Below are positions 1 to 13,500 of a stretch of DNA of 64,000 bases, piece by piece (position 1 is the stretch's first letter; the number at the start of each line of letters is the position of its first letter). A program made the position numbers and the translations under genes. The stretch is taken from the NCBI RefSeq assembly GCF_000181795.1, contig NW_003526943.1, positions 6,356,219 through 6,420,218 of the forward strand, in the 5' to 3' direction. This DNA comes from Trichinella spiralis. Lineage: Eukaryota. The notes beneath the pieces are model-generated. The model made no database searches and was not told where the DNA came from. It saw only the letters and a list, made by a program, of their open reading frames with translations.

Positions 1-1806
1 AAAATTTGGTGTTAATAAGCTGAAATTTACTAAAATGTATGCAAATTAATGCAATTATTCAGTCAATTTCAAAAATACTAACCAATGTTTTACACAACTT
101 TAAATCATTTTCAAAATTTGAAATGATTTGGAAAAAAATTTTCAAGGCAAATCTATTTGCGTAACTTTAAAAATCGTAAAGCCAATTAAAAAACTAAACT
201 AAATTTTATGAAATGTGAAATAATAATTTGAAAGTAAATCTAAAAGGTGAAATTGTTTTTCTTTTGATATTCAAAATGAATGAAAGTACTGTCATGCGAT
301 GAGCAACATCTACTATCATCCAATGTTGTAAAATAAAAGTCTCATTTATTTATTAATATTTTATTGATTGACTGGGAGTTATAATGCATAATTGAAAAAC
401 GATACAACAAGACAGTAATGCTTCAATGAAATGAAAATACTTTTTTAAAACTACAAATTTGAAAAAAAAGAAATGTGCCAAAGGTCAAATCTAAATTAAC
501 CTACTCATCAATTTATTTTATTAAAATTAAACAAAGAGTTTAAAATGTATCGTGACAAAAATGCGCATAAATTTTTAAAATTATTCATTTTAAATCTGTT
601 TAATAAAACTATTTTAACTGTACAAAGCTTTTGCAAATAAATTTGTTTATAATCGAAATAATAATAATGAAAATTGACAAATAATTGACCAATTTCAATG
701 GGCATAGGTGGTTTCAAAAATCTCATCGATTTTATATTTAAATTTCAAATTTTTTTGAATTTTTAAATTTAAATTAATAATTCGAAGAGCATTATTATAA
801 GAATTAGAAAATAAAATTTTCTCCGTGAAAAAAGACACTTACTAAAGGTTGGATTTGAAATGTTTGCATAAAAAAACAGGGAGAAGTGATGAGAATAAAA
901 AGAAATCTCAATATCCGTACATCTGCATATGTGTACTGCTTTGCTGTTTGACCTCTCTTCTCAGAGACTCCCCCTGCACAACTGTGCATGGCAAATGTGC
1001 AGTTGCCGGGCCTGAAGATGCGCTGACCTCGTTTATTGGCAAACAGTCAAAAAAGACACAAACCCGAATGCTTTTTTGTTTGTCTACTGGGTGGGTAAAT
1101 GTTCAAAATTTGAACGCAACTTAATTTTATAAAGGAAATTTATTATTTTATTTATTCTTTTCCATTGAAAATTTAAACAAATTGCCATTAAAAGGTGATA
1201 AATAAGAATTACTGCTTGGGAAAAAGTGATCAATATAATATGATCAATGTCGTACCAATCAATCATATCATGCATCATTGTCACAGTCGAGCCGGTTTTA
1301 CTTTTTTTACAGTAATTAAAAGAAAAAAAATTAAGAATAATTTGAAATTCAAATGAAACAAATGTAATTTCTTTTTAAATTAAAACATATAAATTGAATA
1401 TTAAAAAAAGTATTTCTAAAAAAATTTTTAAATAAACTTTGAAGTTTATTGTTTGAAATGGTTCAAAAAATGGTTTATTGCAAATAACCGTAATTAATTT
1501 GTGTGTTTTTGAGCGTTGACCTGAATTAATTGTCAGTTTCGACGTTCGAAAAATTTGCAATCACTTGTCAATCGTTTGAAATAGTTTAACTGAAGTTCAG
1601 TTATAAGTTAATAAAAAAAGAAAAGAAAAAAAAACCACCGTTTCAACTAAATTAAACAACAATATAAAAACACTAACCTTCTCATCATCACAAATTATTA
1701 TTATTATTACTACTATTATTTTTTTATATAGAATTATTGTACTTTTTTATTTTGTGTCAGTTGTGGTCGTGCAATGAATTCCAATAATGATTTAGAGATG
1801 AACTTC

Positions 1807-1905
1807 GGGTTTGGTCCCACTTGGGCTCAATTTTATTCCCATTCGGTCCCACTTTTCATTTATTGGTCGTTGTACTCGCTATTTTATTATTGGTCGTTGA
1901 CGTCG
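1807..1905. mobile_element. Degenerate terminal-inverted-repeat-like sequence of the same MULE family as 30392-32819
   Basis: GGGTTTGGTCCCAC...TTCGGTCCCACTTTTCATTTATTGGTC...CGCTATTTTATT resembles the TIR at 30392-30480. 2793-2830 (AACAGTGAACGGCATTAACAAAGTGGTAACA) resembles the reverse complement of MULE-internal sequence near 32291-32330. Confidence 0.5.
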
Positions 1906-2154
1906 ACTCCTATTAGAAACGTAAAGTCGTAGAAAAATTGGGGTTTCCTTGTCCAGATAGAGCATTGGAAGTAGGATCTTCCCTAATAATGGGCTGTAAA
2001 TTTATAGAATATCAGAAATGTCAAAGAAATCTCGGAGGGATCTAGTGTGCGTTTGCGAAATAGCCATGACCCCATGTGAATTACACTGTAGACAACATAC
2101 TTATGGTGCGTCATGTTAGTAAGATGCTCCTTCATTAGAACTCTTAGATAAAAT

Positions 2155-2792
2155 NNNNNNNNNNNNNNNNNNNNNNNNNNNNNNNNNNNNNNNNNNNNNN
2201 NNNNNNNNNNNNNNNNNNNNNNNNNNNNNNNNNNNNNNNNNNNNNNNNNNNNNNNNNNNNNNNNNNNNNNNNNNNNNNNNNNNNNNNNNNNNNNNNNNNN
2301 NNNNNNNNNNNNNNNNNNNNNNNNNNNNNNNNNNNNNNNNNNNNNNNNNNNNNNNNNNNNNNNNNNNNNNNNNNNNNNNNNNNNNNNNNNNNNNNNNNNN
2401 NNNNNNNNNNNNNNNNNNNNNNNNNNNNNNNNNNNNNNNNNNNNNNNNNNNNNNNNNNNNNNNNNNNNNNNNNNNNNNNNNNNNNNNNNNNNNNNNNNNN
2501 NNNNNNNNNNNNNNNNNNNNNNNNNNNNNNNNNNNNNNNNNNNNNNNNNNNNNNNNNNNNNNNNNNNNNNNNNNNNNNNNNNNNNNNNNNNNNNNNNNNN
2601 NNNNNNNNNNNNNNNNNNNNNNNNNNNNNNNNNNNNNNNNNNNNNNNNNNNNNNNNNNNNNNNNNNNNNNNNNNNNNNNNNNNNNNNNNNNNNNNNNNNN
2701 NNNNNNNNNNNNNNNNNNNNNNNNNNNNNNNNNNNNNNNNNNNNNNNNNNNNNNNNNNNNNNNNNNNNNNNNNNNNNNNNNNNNNNNNNNNN
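2155..2792. other. Assembly gap (N run)
   Basis: Run of N. Confidence 1.
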
Positions 2793-2992
2793 AAAACAAC
2801 AGTGAACGGCATTAACAAAGTGGTAACAACGACAAAGGAAAAAACTAAATAATACAATACAATGAAATAAAAAACTAATATAAATGAGCGGTGTCCAGGA
2901 GCCTTCATATCTTCTTCCTTGTTTCTTCTTCGGTCTATTACCGATTTCCCTCCTGATATATAAATCTGCTCCTCACTGTTGTAAATAAATTT

Positions 2993-3030
2993 NNNNNNNN
3001 NNNNNNNNNNNNNNNNNNNNNNNNNNNNNN
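2993..3030. other. Assembly gap (N run)
   Basis: Run of N. Confidence 1.
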
Positions 3031-6000
3031 AAGTGGGATATTTTTTATTTTTTTCTTTTATTTACGTAAGTAATGAAAATTTTTACTGTGTAAGATGGAT
3101 AATTTTGACATTTTTGATGAAAACTCGTTCGACGCAAAATTTGCCTTTATTAATGATTATTTATTGGCTTAAACGACAAAATGTATTTCTGACTTATTTG
3201 TTCACTTTCATATGCTAATGTTGGTTTGGCATTTTTTTAGTTTTTCAGGTGATTTGAAAGATATGTGATCATAGACGATGTTTGATGACCAAATTACTTT
3301 ACGGTGAAAATTGGCTTCGCCTTCATCAGTGCATGCTTTTGTGCACAAACTGTAATGTGGTAATATAGGATTTTGTGGATGTGTGAAAAATCATCTCTGC
3401 ACTGCTGCTGTTGATTGATAATATTTTTTTGCTTTTGCTTTTGCTCCACCTCAACTTTTTGTGTTGTTGATGATGGAATATTTTTTCTGTTTTATTTTAT
3501 TTTTTTTTGCTTTTCAACGTATCAACACAACAACGATAACGATTGAATGAGATACTGCGTTTGTTGTTGATGTTGATGAAAGCCAACATGGCTTGCTTGG
3601 TGGTGGTGATCGTGGTGGTGCTTGCACTTGAGCAGCAAATTTTCTGATTGATTTTTCCCCCTCTCATCAGCTTTCTCTCTCTCTTTCTCTCATTCTCTCG
3701 ATTTCTCTTTTTCTCTGTTGGTGCTGCAAACGACACGTCACTTTTGCCATCGGTCAACTTTACAACATTTGGTTTCACACAACTTCTTCACACATCCGGT
3801 ATTGGTATACTTCTCGTGTATTATCTTGTGCAATTGATTTCGCAGAAAAGATCAAAGCAAAAAAAAATTTTTCCATTGCCAAACAAGTTGCAACTGTGCT
3901 GTATAAAATTATCTCGTTTGCTTGGTTGCACATCAAGAAAAATGGTTTGTGTGTTTTCGTTCATTTTCATATTCACTGCTCTTCCAAGTGGTGTAGCAAT
4001 TGCTGCTGTTGTTATTGTTTTCAATGCTGTATCAAAGTACAGTTTCGTCGAACAGAAAAATTCTCCGAACTACGTTTCAAGTCACGCCTTCGTGATGTCG
4101 ATGTCGCCTCTGATTGGCTGCTTGACAAGGTGGGCGTGACTTTTTGCGATTGTCGCGCCGCCAAGCGGTCGAATTGATCGAGCGAGATTGCCACGCAGCA
4201 GTCAGCTGATCAGCTCTTTGTCTAAACGGCGGCGTGCGGTCACGTGCTTTTTGCAGCCTGTATAGCAAGCAGTAGTGACGTGACCGGCTAACCGACGGCA
4301 TCTTTTCTTGCTACCAAATTGGGTCGCGAAACGTGTGCAAAACTTTTCTCCAAAATTAATTTCATGTATATTTTGATTATGTTTAAATATTACAAAAATA
4401 CATGATATTATCTATATTGTATATTATAATTTCATACAAGCGCGTGACTTTATATATATATTTTTTGCATACATACATACATACATGTAGATATAGATAT
4501 ATATATATATAATTTCTTCTTTATGCTTCAGTTGCTGTGGTTCATTTGCAGCGCGACGTGTTCGTCGACTTGGACTGTCGCCAGTATTTTTCCTTGTTTG
4601 TTTGTTTGGTTGTTTGTTTGTTTTTGTGAAGAAAAGAAATTGTTGGAAAAGGAGATTTTTTTTTGCAAACAGAAGAAGAAAAACGCATACCTACGTACGT
4701 ACATACATACATCTTGAAGTTGAATATTGAGAAAAGTGAAAATTCATTACCCGACAGTGTGTGTGTGTGTTGTGGTGAGAAGAAATTTGAAATAAACTAG
4801 AATAGAAAAGTGCAATGAAAACTTTCCAAGCTTATCTGCCGTCTGGTGGCCGTACGTACAGCTGCGTGCATTGCCGCGCCCATTTGGCAAATCACGACGA
4901 ACTCATTTCCAAGGTGAGTAAATTTTATTCCATTATTTTCAATAAACTCTCCATTCATTCTTTCTTTTCATCTTTACAAATATTTAATATCGTTCTTTTC
5001 TAATCATGCTATTATGGTAATTTTCAGTCATTTCAAGGCAGTCAAGGCAAGGCGTATTTGTTCAATTCTGTGTAAGTGAATTTTAATTTATTATTATTAT
5101 TATTATTCCATTTTCCATATTTGGATATTTGCTCGGTTCGCAAATAAGCTAGTATAGCCAGCGGCCAAGCACCACGCATATGCTATTATTATCATTAGTT
5201 GTTGATGTTGCTAATATTTGACACGACCTCTCTCCCCCTGTCTCTCGTGTGCTCAGCTTTCTGCGTTTGCTTCAACTAGACGACAAACAATCACCACACT
5301 GCGAAAATATATATTATTTCGGTCGATCTCTCTCTCTCTCTCTTTCTCTTTTTTCTTGGCCTCTGACTCTCTGACCCTACCGGATATGGCTTGTTTTTTT
5401 CCATCCGTATGCTTTCTTCTCTTTTGTTCGGATGTCAATGACTGAGGACGACAGTAATACAACTACTAATTAACATTGTCAAATAGTCATATTTCATCTC
5501 CTCCTATGCATATTATTCTTTTATTATTAATTTTCCATCAACAAATATGAACAAAGTTGGAATTAATTAGTTCAACAAAAAACATCACGAAAATTATCTA
5601 CTATTTTGAAATTGAAAAATATGATTTGGATGTTTTACTGTTTAAATCATATGTTTGTACTTTATTTGCATTGCATTTCGTGTTGCTTTTCTTCTATCAA
5701 ATGCACGGCGAATAGCAATAGTGTAATAGTAATAGTACAGCTATGGCGTTGTTCTGTTTGCATGAAAAGCAACGATAAAAAGCAAATATTGCATCAGTAT
5801 ATATATATTATCTATACAAAATTTGTTTTTGTTTTTTTTTAATATTTAAAAATTCTCTTTTGTTTGAATGCTGTTCAGATTTAATTTTGTTCAAATTTGT
5901 ATCTCCATTGCAACAATGCAAAATAGCAAACAGATGAGATGAGCAAATTTTCTTTTTGCTAATGCTTGCAATAAATAGATTTATTTTCTTCTACGAATTG

Positions 6001-6580
6001 AATATGATAATTTTTCCTAATTAATAAATTTCTGTTCCAAGTTGGTAAGAAAATTGTAATTTATTCGTGTTTATTTGTTTATTTTTGGTGTTGTGAAATA
6101 CCGTCAACAGATAGATATATTAGCAGTTTGTTTGTTTGTTTGTATGCTTGTTTTCTTTCAGAGCTGGCTGACGTGACGTGACGTCAAAAAATATATATAC
6201 ATAATTTGAAAAGGGAGAAATAATCATCAGTTATTTTTTGCGTGTTTGGTTGGTTGGTTCTTGTTTGTTCTTTTTTCGCAGATTTTACCGTATACGTAAG
6301 GAAGTAGAACACTGAGAAATATTTGACAGTTGAGGAAGAAGAGGTTTTTCTGATGTTGAATTTTCAAATTTTCAATTTCCCTTTTCCATTTTCTTAATCT
6401 TATCCAAAGCAAGATTATAACATGTTTGAAAATTTTCCACGCAACTTATATTTTTTTAGTATTAATGCAAAAAGTAGCTTTATCATGAAACAAGTGTACA
6501 ACTTTCGTAGTTTGCTTCTTCTGAAATCCGCTTGTTGTTGCTGTTGGTGTTCCCTTTTGCAATGGGGCAACGTTGCTTTG
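3031..6580 (+). repeat. Copy 1 of a near-identical ~3.5 kb direct duplication (copy 2 at 60476-64000)
   Basis: Colinear with 60476-64000 apart from scattered SNPs and small indels. The same ORFs recur in the track (e.g. 3497..3778 = 60943..61224). Confidence 0.95.
4080..4330 (+). promoter_or_regulatory. CpG-rich putative promoter upstream of the yippee-like gene
   Basis: Local GC/CpG island in AT-rich DNA 0.5-0.7 kb upstream of ATG 4815. It contains ATTGG (reverse CCAAT), CACGTG and TGACGT motifs. Function is inferred only. Confidence 0.4.
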
Positions 6581-9148
6581 TCATTTTTGCCAAAGTGGAA
6601 CGGTGATAGTAGAAATTGTCGCTGGCGTTCAATTGATGGAAATTAAATTGCTTTTCTGTTCGCATGCCATTGCAATAGCACTTGGTCAACGAAAATTTTT
6701 ATTATATGCGCATCCCAGCACAGCTGTACCGGTATTGTAGGGGTAACGGTCAGGAGGCTTACAGTAGGCGACTTGTTGGAAATGCAAAATATTTCATTAT
6801 TAATTTTCTTTGTTTAAACATTGGATAGCATTTAAATGAATTGATTTTTTTCACTGTGTTATTGCTAATTCAAATTATTTGTCTTTTATTACTTTTCTGT
6901 TATTACCAATATGCCTAAATGAAAGCAGATGTTGAAAGCATCGTCACTTTCGAGATTTTCTTGTAAATATTTTATGAAAAGAAAAAAAAAATTTTTTTTT
7001 CTACTTGATAATAAATGGCCAACAGCAGCTTGATAATTATAACCTGATTTCCTGATGAATTGTTAATGGTAGTGAAAAGCAGTTTTTTTGTTGATATGTG
7101 TATAGCTCGATCAATGGTAATATAATGATGCATGTAAGAATCTTCCATTTTTCAATAAGTATTATTTGTATGACTTTAATCCGTAGTCACCATCGATTGA
7201 TCGATTATAAGCTTACTATTTTATTTTGGTTATATTTTAAATTTTAGATTTTTTAAACCAATATTTTTATCATTCATTAGTAGATTTATTAATTTTGTGT
7301 ATATAGATATTAATGATCCACTTCAGCTGCATGCATATCTGGTTAAGTTTGATCGTTTGTTTGGTTGTTGTTGTCATTGAGGTATTTAAGTGATATTTTG
7401 TAATAATTCTTCTTTTTTGTTGATAATTTACTTTGAATGCTATTCATTTGTTTTGGGGATTTATATTTCAGCTTTAACGTATGGTATTTGTTGTTACAAA
7501 TCGACCAGCATTTAGCAGATTGTTTAAGCGATTAGTGAATGTCAAACGGATTGATTTCCAATAAAAATTGTGCAAATATTATTGGATTGGTGTATTATTT
7601 AAAAGAGGCATGGAAGAAGGCACAAAGCGAGGGGGAGGGAGGCAGATTGATGCACATTTATAAAGTGAAATAAGAGAACAATTCCTAATGGAACAGTTTT
7701 CTATGCTTATTATTCACGTGCTTACTGAAGTTGACGGTCGGCCATTGTTGGTCGCACTTTGCCATTATTTCACTTTAGTAATTGAAAAAAATTTAAAATT
7801 ACTAGAAAGTTATCTGCTTTTCAGTGTTACATTTTTTAAAAATATTTATTTATTTGAAAATGAATGTAAGAGTTGGATATCAAATGTAATTAAATTTTGA
7901 AAATATTGCAACATATTTTGTGTGAGAAAAGGAAAAATTCACTTGATTCGTTGAACTTCTTCGAATAGTATTTTCTTTCTCTGCTCCATTTGCCAGCTTG
8001 AACTAGTTCAAATTGGGGTTTATTTTGCAGTTTCTCGCGTCGTCTGTAAATTGAAATATGTTTCATGCAGTGGTGGAACTTTAAAATTATTCTAAATAGA
8101 AAATTTTTACTATGAAAAATGTGGATAATAACGTAACTTTAACTTTATTTGAATTTTTAAAGTTTAAATATTTGTTCATCATGTTTAAATGAATGAGAAT
8201 CGAACTATACCAAACTGGAATAGCAGTAGTTTTGAATGATTTCATACAATGCAATACAATATGCGTAAGTGATAATCGTAAATTTATTGATGACAACCAA
8301 TGGTAAATAATAAAAAAATGAAATATGCTCATTCACTTATTATTATTATTATTATTAACCTTTAAAGATTTATTATTATTGTTGCAAATTAGCAGCAGTG
8401 GCTAACGTTGTATATAGCAAGCTAAGAAGAATTTTTCTTCTCAACCCAGGCGACAATTGTGTGTATTTGTTTGATTGATTGTTCAATATGCTTTGCCGGT
8501 TTGTCGAGTTTTGCTTTGGAAAATTTTTTCACACACACACAACTAGCACACAAATGAAAATCATTTTCGAATTTTATTTTCCGACCGGACGAACAAACTG
8601 GCCCAAACTGAGTGAAGTATAGCCACTTTGAGCTGTCGCTTTTTAAGACCGTTTTTTAATCTCAGTCATGATCAATTTTTTGTTTTTAAATTTATTTACA
8701 GTTCAAACTTACTTATTTTGTATACTGTACTGTAGTGTTCAAGTTCAGAATTTACAAAGAAACGGATGCATTTGTTATTGTTGTTTGTAAACTGTTTTCT
8801 CAGGATTAATTGTTCATATTCATTTTTTATAGAACAGTTATAACGTGGTGCTTGTCACAAAAATAATTTTGGTTTTTGATTTTCAGTGTCAACGTTGGAT
8901 GCGGTCCCGCCGAAGAACGGGTTCTACTCACTGGTTTGCACGCCGTTGCCGACATCTACTGCGAATGTTGCAAAACGACTCTTGGCTGGAAATATGTAAA
9001 TTAATTTTCAAATTCAATCCAGTGCAATTGTGAAGTGTTAAAATTGCAGGAGCACGCATTTGAGTCCAGTCAAAAATATAAAGAAGGCAAATACATCATT
9101 GAACTTGCTCACATGATCAAAGACAACGGTTGGGATTCGAAAAGGTGA
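4815..9148 (+). CDS. YPEL: Yippee-like zinc-binding protein (YPEL family), 4 coding exons
   Basis: Exons 4815-4913, 5028-5071, 8887-8995 and 9050-9148 join in frame via [115 protein letters not shown]. This is the classic Yippee sequence with two CxxC motifs. Confidence 0.95.
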
Positions 9149-10556
9149 GAGCAGTGGCCATGAGCAGCTGACCTCACGTGCTTGTTCACTTTCTGAACTG
9201 TCTGGAATAATTTGTGTGTGTGCGTGTGTGTCTGTGTGGTGTGTGTGTGTGTGTCTTGTTGGAACGTATTTTGATGGATGAAGGAAACTTAACTCTTCAC
9301 CGATTGCCATTCTGTACCTCATATGCAAAAATGTCAAGTTTTGTTTATTTGGAATTTTTTAAATTTCTCTTTATTATATTGTTTTAAATTATTTTTTCGC
9401 GCCTTTCTCGCCAATTTACCCGAAATTGTGTTCAATTCAATCCTCATACCACGCACGGGTGGCTTTTATGTGGACGAGATGAACTTTTCGCTCGTTTTCA
9501 TGCCGCTCTTAGGTTTTCCCATTATCTTGTTATTTACTATTTTTGCATTAAGAAAAAAAAAACAACTTTTCATTCCAACTGTGACTCTGCTATAAAATTC
9601 GAGTGTTAATGCTCCGCGCTGCCTGGATAAATTTTTTTTTCGTCTCTTGAAATTATTATATTATATCATATTATTATATACACCTACCATTTTTCTGCTT
9701 CTCTCTACGACAACTCCATCTTGTTTTTGTGCTCTGAAAAATGTATTATTATGCTTTTTTTGAAAAATTATTATACTTTTTTCTTTTGTCCGTTCATCTT
9801 TTCGCGTGACTTGCGTGCAATTCGTGATCAGCGATGCGTTTTTTTTACTTCTTTTTTGAAATCAAAATCTGAACATCTATTACTTGATTATTTATTATTT
9901 TGCTTGTTTGGAAATTTATTCGGCTACTTCTACGTCCATATCTACAAGCGTACGTACATACATGAGTATGTACGGACGGATGAGTGGTTAGTTGGTTGGT
10001 TGGTTGAATAAGCACCGACAATTGATTCCATTATATCACTTTTTGCTTCCTTTGCGTCGCGGTTTTTGCTTTATTTTCTCACCATATTTATTATTTTTTT
10101 TTTCAAGAAAAATACCGTTAAAATGATTTTGTCCTTTTGAATTTCAATCGACTCAATCAATCAAAGTATGATCAATTCAACATTGCAACATCAACTATTT
10201 TTTAAATTATTAAAGTTGACGAAAACAATTTCTTTAAATTTTTCATCAAAGAAACTTCGTTTTAATAATGGAAATGAAAATTTTTCCATGTAAAAATATT
10301 AAAATGAGGTACAAACATGTTTCCATGTAAACAATTAAACGACAGCATGATCACTACAAAAAATAAGATAATTCAAGTTACTTTGAAAACTCAACTGCTA
10401 ACAACAGCATGCACAACTCTTCGCTCTACTGAGTGGTTATTGGAAACATACTATCAGTGTATCATCGATTCCGTCGTTCCATAATTGAAAAAACTCCGAC
10501 ATTTTGTCAAATTTATTGTGTTTATATATATATAAATTGTTTAGCCGGCTGCTTTA

Positions 10557-13500
10557 ATGTACGAATGGCTGCGTGCGGAAATTCTGATCATCACAGCCAC
10601 ACTTTGGATTATTATTTCTGCATTTTGTTATGTGTTTTGTATGTTCATTAGAAAATCAAATGTAAAGACACTACTCAACGAATCAACTGCAAATTTGAAC
10701 AACGAAAAAAAGCGGGTCTTATTTATTGTGACCGATCTGTGCGATGTGATCAAATACTTCGGAGCATTGTTCACAAATTTCACCAAAGCTGACCATCACG
10801 AAGTGTACATCCTTTGCCTGCAGTCGTGTAAGTGTTGAATTGATCAGCTACAAAAATAAGAACATTTCAAATAATAGCTCATGGTTTTTCAGTTTTCGTT
10901 CGCAGGCTTTTAAATGTTATAAATATAAACATAACATTCACATCCAATTAACCAAGTACCTTCGAAAAATATAATACGGTCAGCAACATGCATACGCAAT
11001 ACATACGCACGCACAATATAATCGTGACGTAAAGACAGTATTTCGATTTCACGGAAATTATTACATTTTAACTAACATTAACAACCGTTTGCTCGATTGA
11101 AGTTGTTACAAGCACCCCTTCTTGATCTGTTACACGTGTGCATTTGCACATTAAATTAATTGTTATAATTTAAATTAGAAATAATATTCATTTAAATTTT
11201 CAATTTTTGTATCACTGAATTCTCGATGCAACGCTCATATTAAATTTAATTATAACTACAGTACATTTCCACTACAGTAAACTATGTACGCAAGTATAAA
11301 TAAGAATATTTTAAGCGCATTTAAAAATATAAAGTAAAAATTTGGAAGTTTTATTGAAAGTTTAGCTGTTTAATTTTTTTAATAATTGTATTATTTGATT
11401 TTATTATTCAGATTTAGTTTTGCTAAGATACACAGATTTTTAATTGTCAATTACTTTTATTTTTATTTTGAAAACTGATTATTTTATCTCATTTATTAGG
11501 TTCTGGGAAGAAATATTTATGGTACAAATTTTGTTTAGAAACTTTCGTCAATTTGACAACAGTTGCTGAAGCAAATGTAACATTCAGCTGGAATCAGTAA
11601 GTAATATTTATTTAATACTTCAAAGGAATGTAACATTATCTTCTCGAATATTAATGGAAACCAAGAGAGCAGTGGAGAGTTATTTGTGCAAAGCAAAAGA
11701 TAATTTTAAATGTGAAACTTTTCAACTAAAAAGACATATTTGCGAGATTTTGTTATAATTCATTTCTAAATTTTATAATAAATTAAAATTTATGGCAATT
11801 TTAATACACAGAGATATCCATCACTTTATCAACATTTTTACATATACAAATTTAATATGTCACATTCATGTAAAGTTGGAAAATATTTTAAATGCTCTTT
11901 CTAAATGTTTAAAACAACAGAAAAACTGCTTTTTTAGAATGGTACTCGAATGCAGCTTCCTAAAAGTATTACGAGTTTCTTTGAAGAGTCGATTTTTTCA
12001 CTAAAAGAAATTAAAAGTTTCCACTTTACTCTGAAAAGGAAAAAATTTTCAGATAAACTGTCCAATCAGAGAAAGTGAACAATTCGTGTTCAAAATCGTT
12101 TTCCATTTGAAAAACGTGCTTACAAAAAGATAACACTAAGATACGTTATTTAAAAAAATTCATTCTGAATTAAAAAAGAAAAGTCAACCTTGGATATAAT
12201 TCAAGGATGGATGATGATTTTTATACACTTTCAACAGTGTAGGTAGGATGTCAGCTGTGTGAAATAAGGAGGAAAAATATTTCAAAACAATGAAATCATT
12301 CAAAATACTTTACATGTTTATAAAAATAGAATGAAAAGTATCACATTGGATCAGGAGGTACAAAGGATGAAATAACTGTCTGAGCTTCCTCCAATATTCG
12401 TTTCGCACGATCGCTCAGTGCAACATCTTCCTCATCGCCCAGTGCGGCCAAATCTTTAACTTGATCGCAGAGTTCTTTGCATGCATTGTTCAGCCGTGCA
12501 GCACTGTCGTTAACCATCATTAATGATTCATCTACAAGCTTCGACATTTTCAAAATTGCATCTGGATCTTCGTTATTATGGCGAAGTTGTTGTAACTGCG
12601 CCTGATAACTATGAAATTCTTGCAAATACAGGCGCTGATCTTTAATCAGTCGACTTACAACGTTTGTTTGGATAAATAAGCGTCGTCGATTCGCCATTTC
12701 AATGAACTACTGTGAAAAACGCAATTCTATAAAAACGCAATTCTATCACAACAACTTTTCAGATATGAAGTGAATTACAGTATTTTGAATGTAAAATTCA
12801 AGTTCAGCTTACTATATATTTCTTTAAATGTAATTGTAGTATTGCTTTGTAGACTATAATAATCAAAATACTACCGAGTTTTATTAAAAATTAATTAATA
12901 AGATGATTTTATCATTTTTTAAAAAATATATTTAGTTTTTATTTATTGTTAACTGATTTTTATGAATTGTGAGTGCCAGTTTTAAATTGTATCGTATTTT
13001 TATAAGATCTGATTTACTGAAACAATTATTATGTGAAACATTTATAAATAAAAAATTTTTTTATCGTTCAGTGTATTTTGTGTAAAAGTTATTTCATTGT
13101 TTTAGATACTTTTTTGAACCGTTATACGGTGAGACACACGTCGCGATTTTAACAGAAATGTGCTTGATACACATTCTGCAGCGTAACATTGACATGGTGA
13201 ATATTTTTTCTTAGATGAAAGTAGATTTCCGTTGTAATTTGGATGTTAACTTTTTTTTATTTAGGTTTTTACTTATGACACTGATGGAGCGGACGAGAAT
13301 TTTCTACAGCCGGCAATTTATGATTCCCTTACAGTGCTGGTAAAGAAAAGTATGTTACCCGAAAGTAAGTTAGTCAATGGAAGTGAATTGTTTTGCGGTT
13401 TTTTTCGACTAAATTTGTTTTGAATCTGATTATAATTTTAAAAAAATATAATTCATTTTACCTGTAATTTTTGATAATGAATATTTATTTATATTTTTAT

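Noticed and set aside
804..1124. Moderately GC-rich patch with short ORFs on both strands
   Set aside because: No recognisable protein or consistent exon chain could be built.
2116..2908. Two long ORFs (227 and 254 aa)
   Set aside because: Artefacts of translating through the N gap.
3497..4301. Overlapping ORFs upstream of yippee (repeated at 60943-61747)
   Set aside because: Low-complexity translations of CT/GT-rich DNA; recurrence is due only to the duplication.
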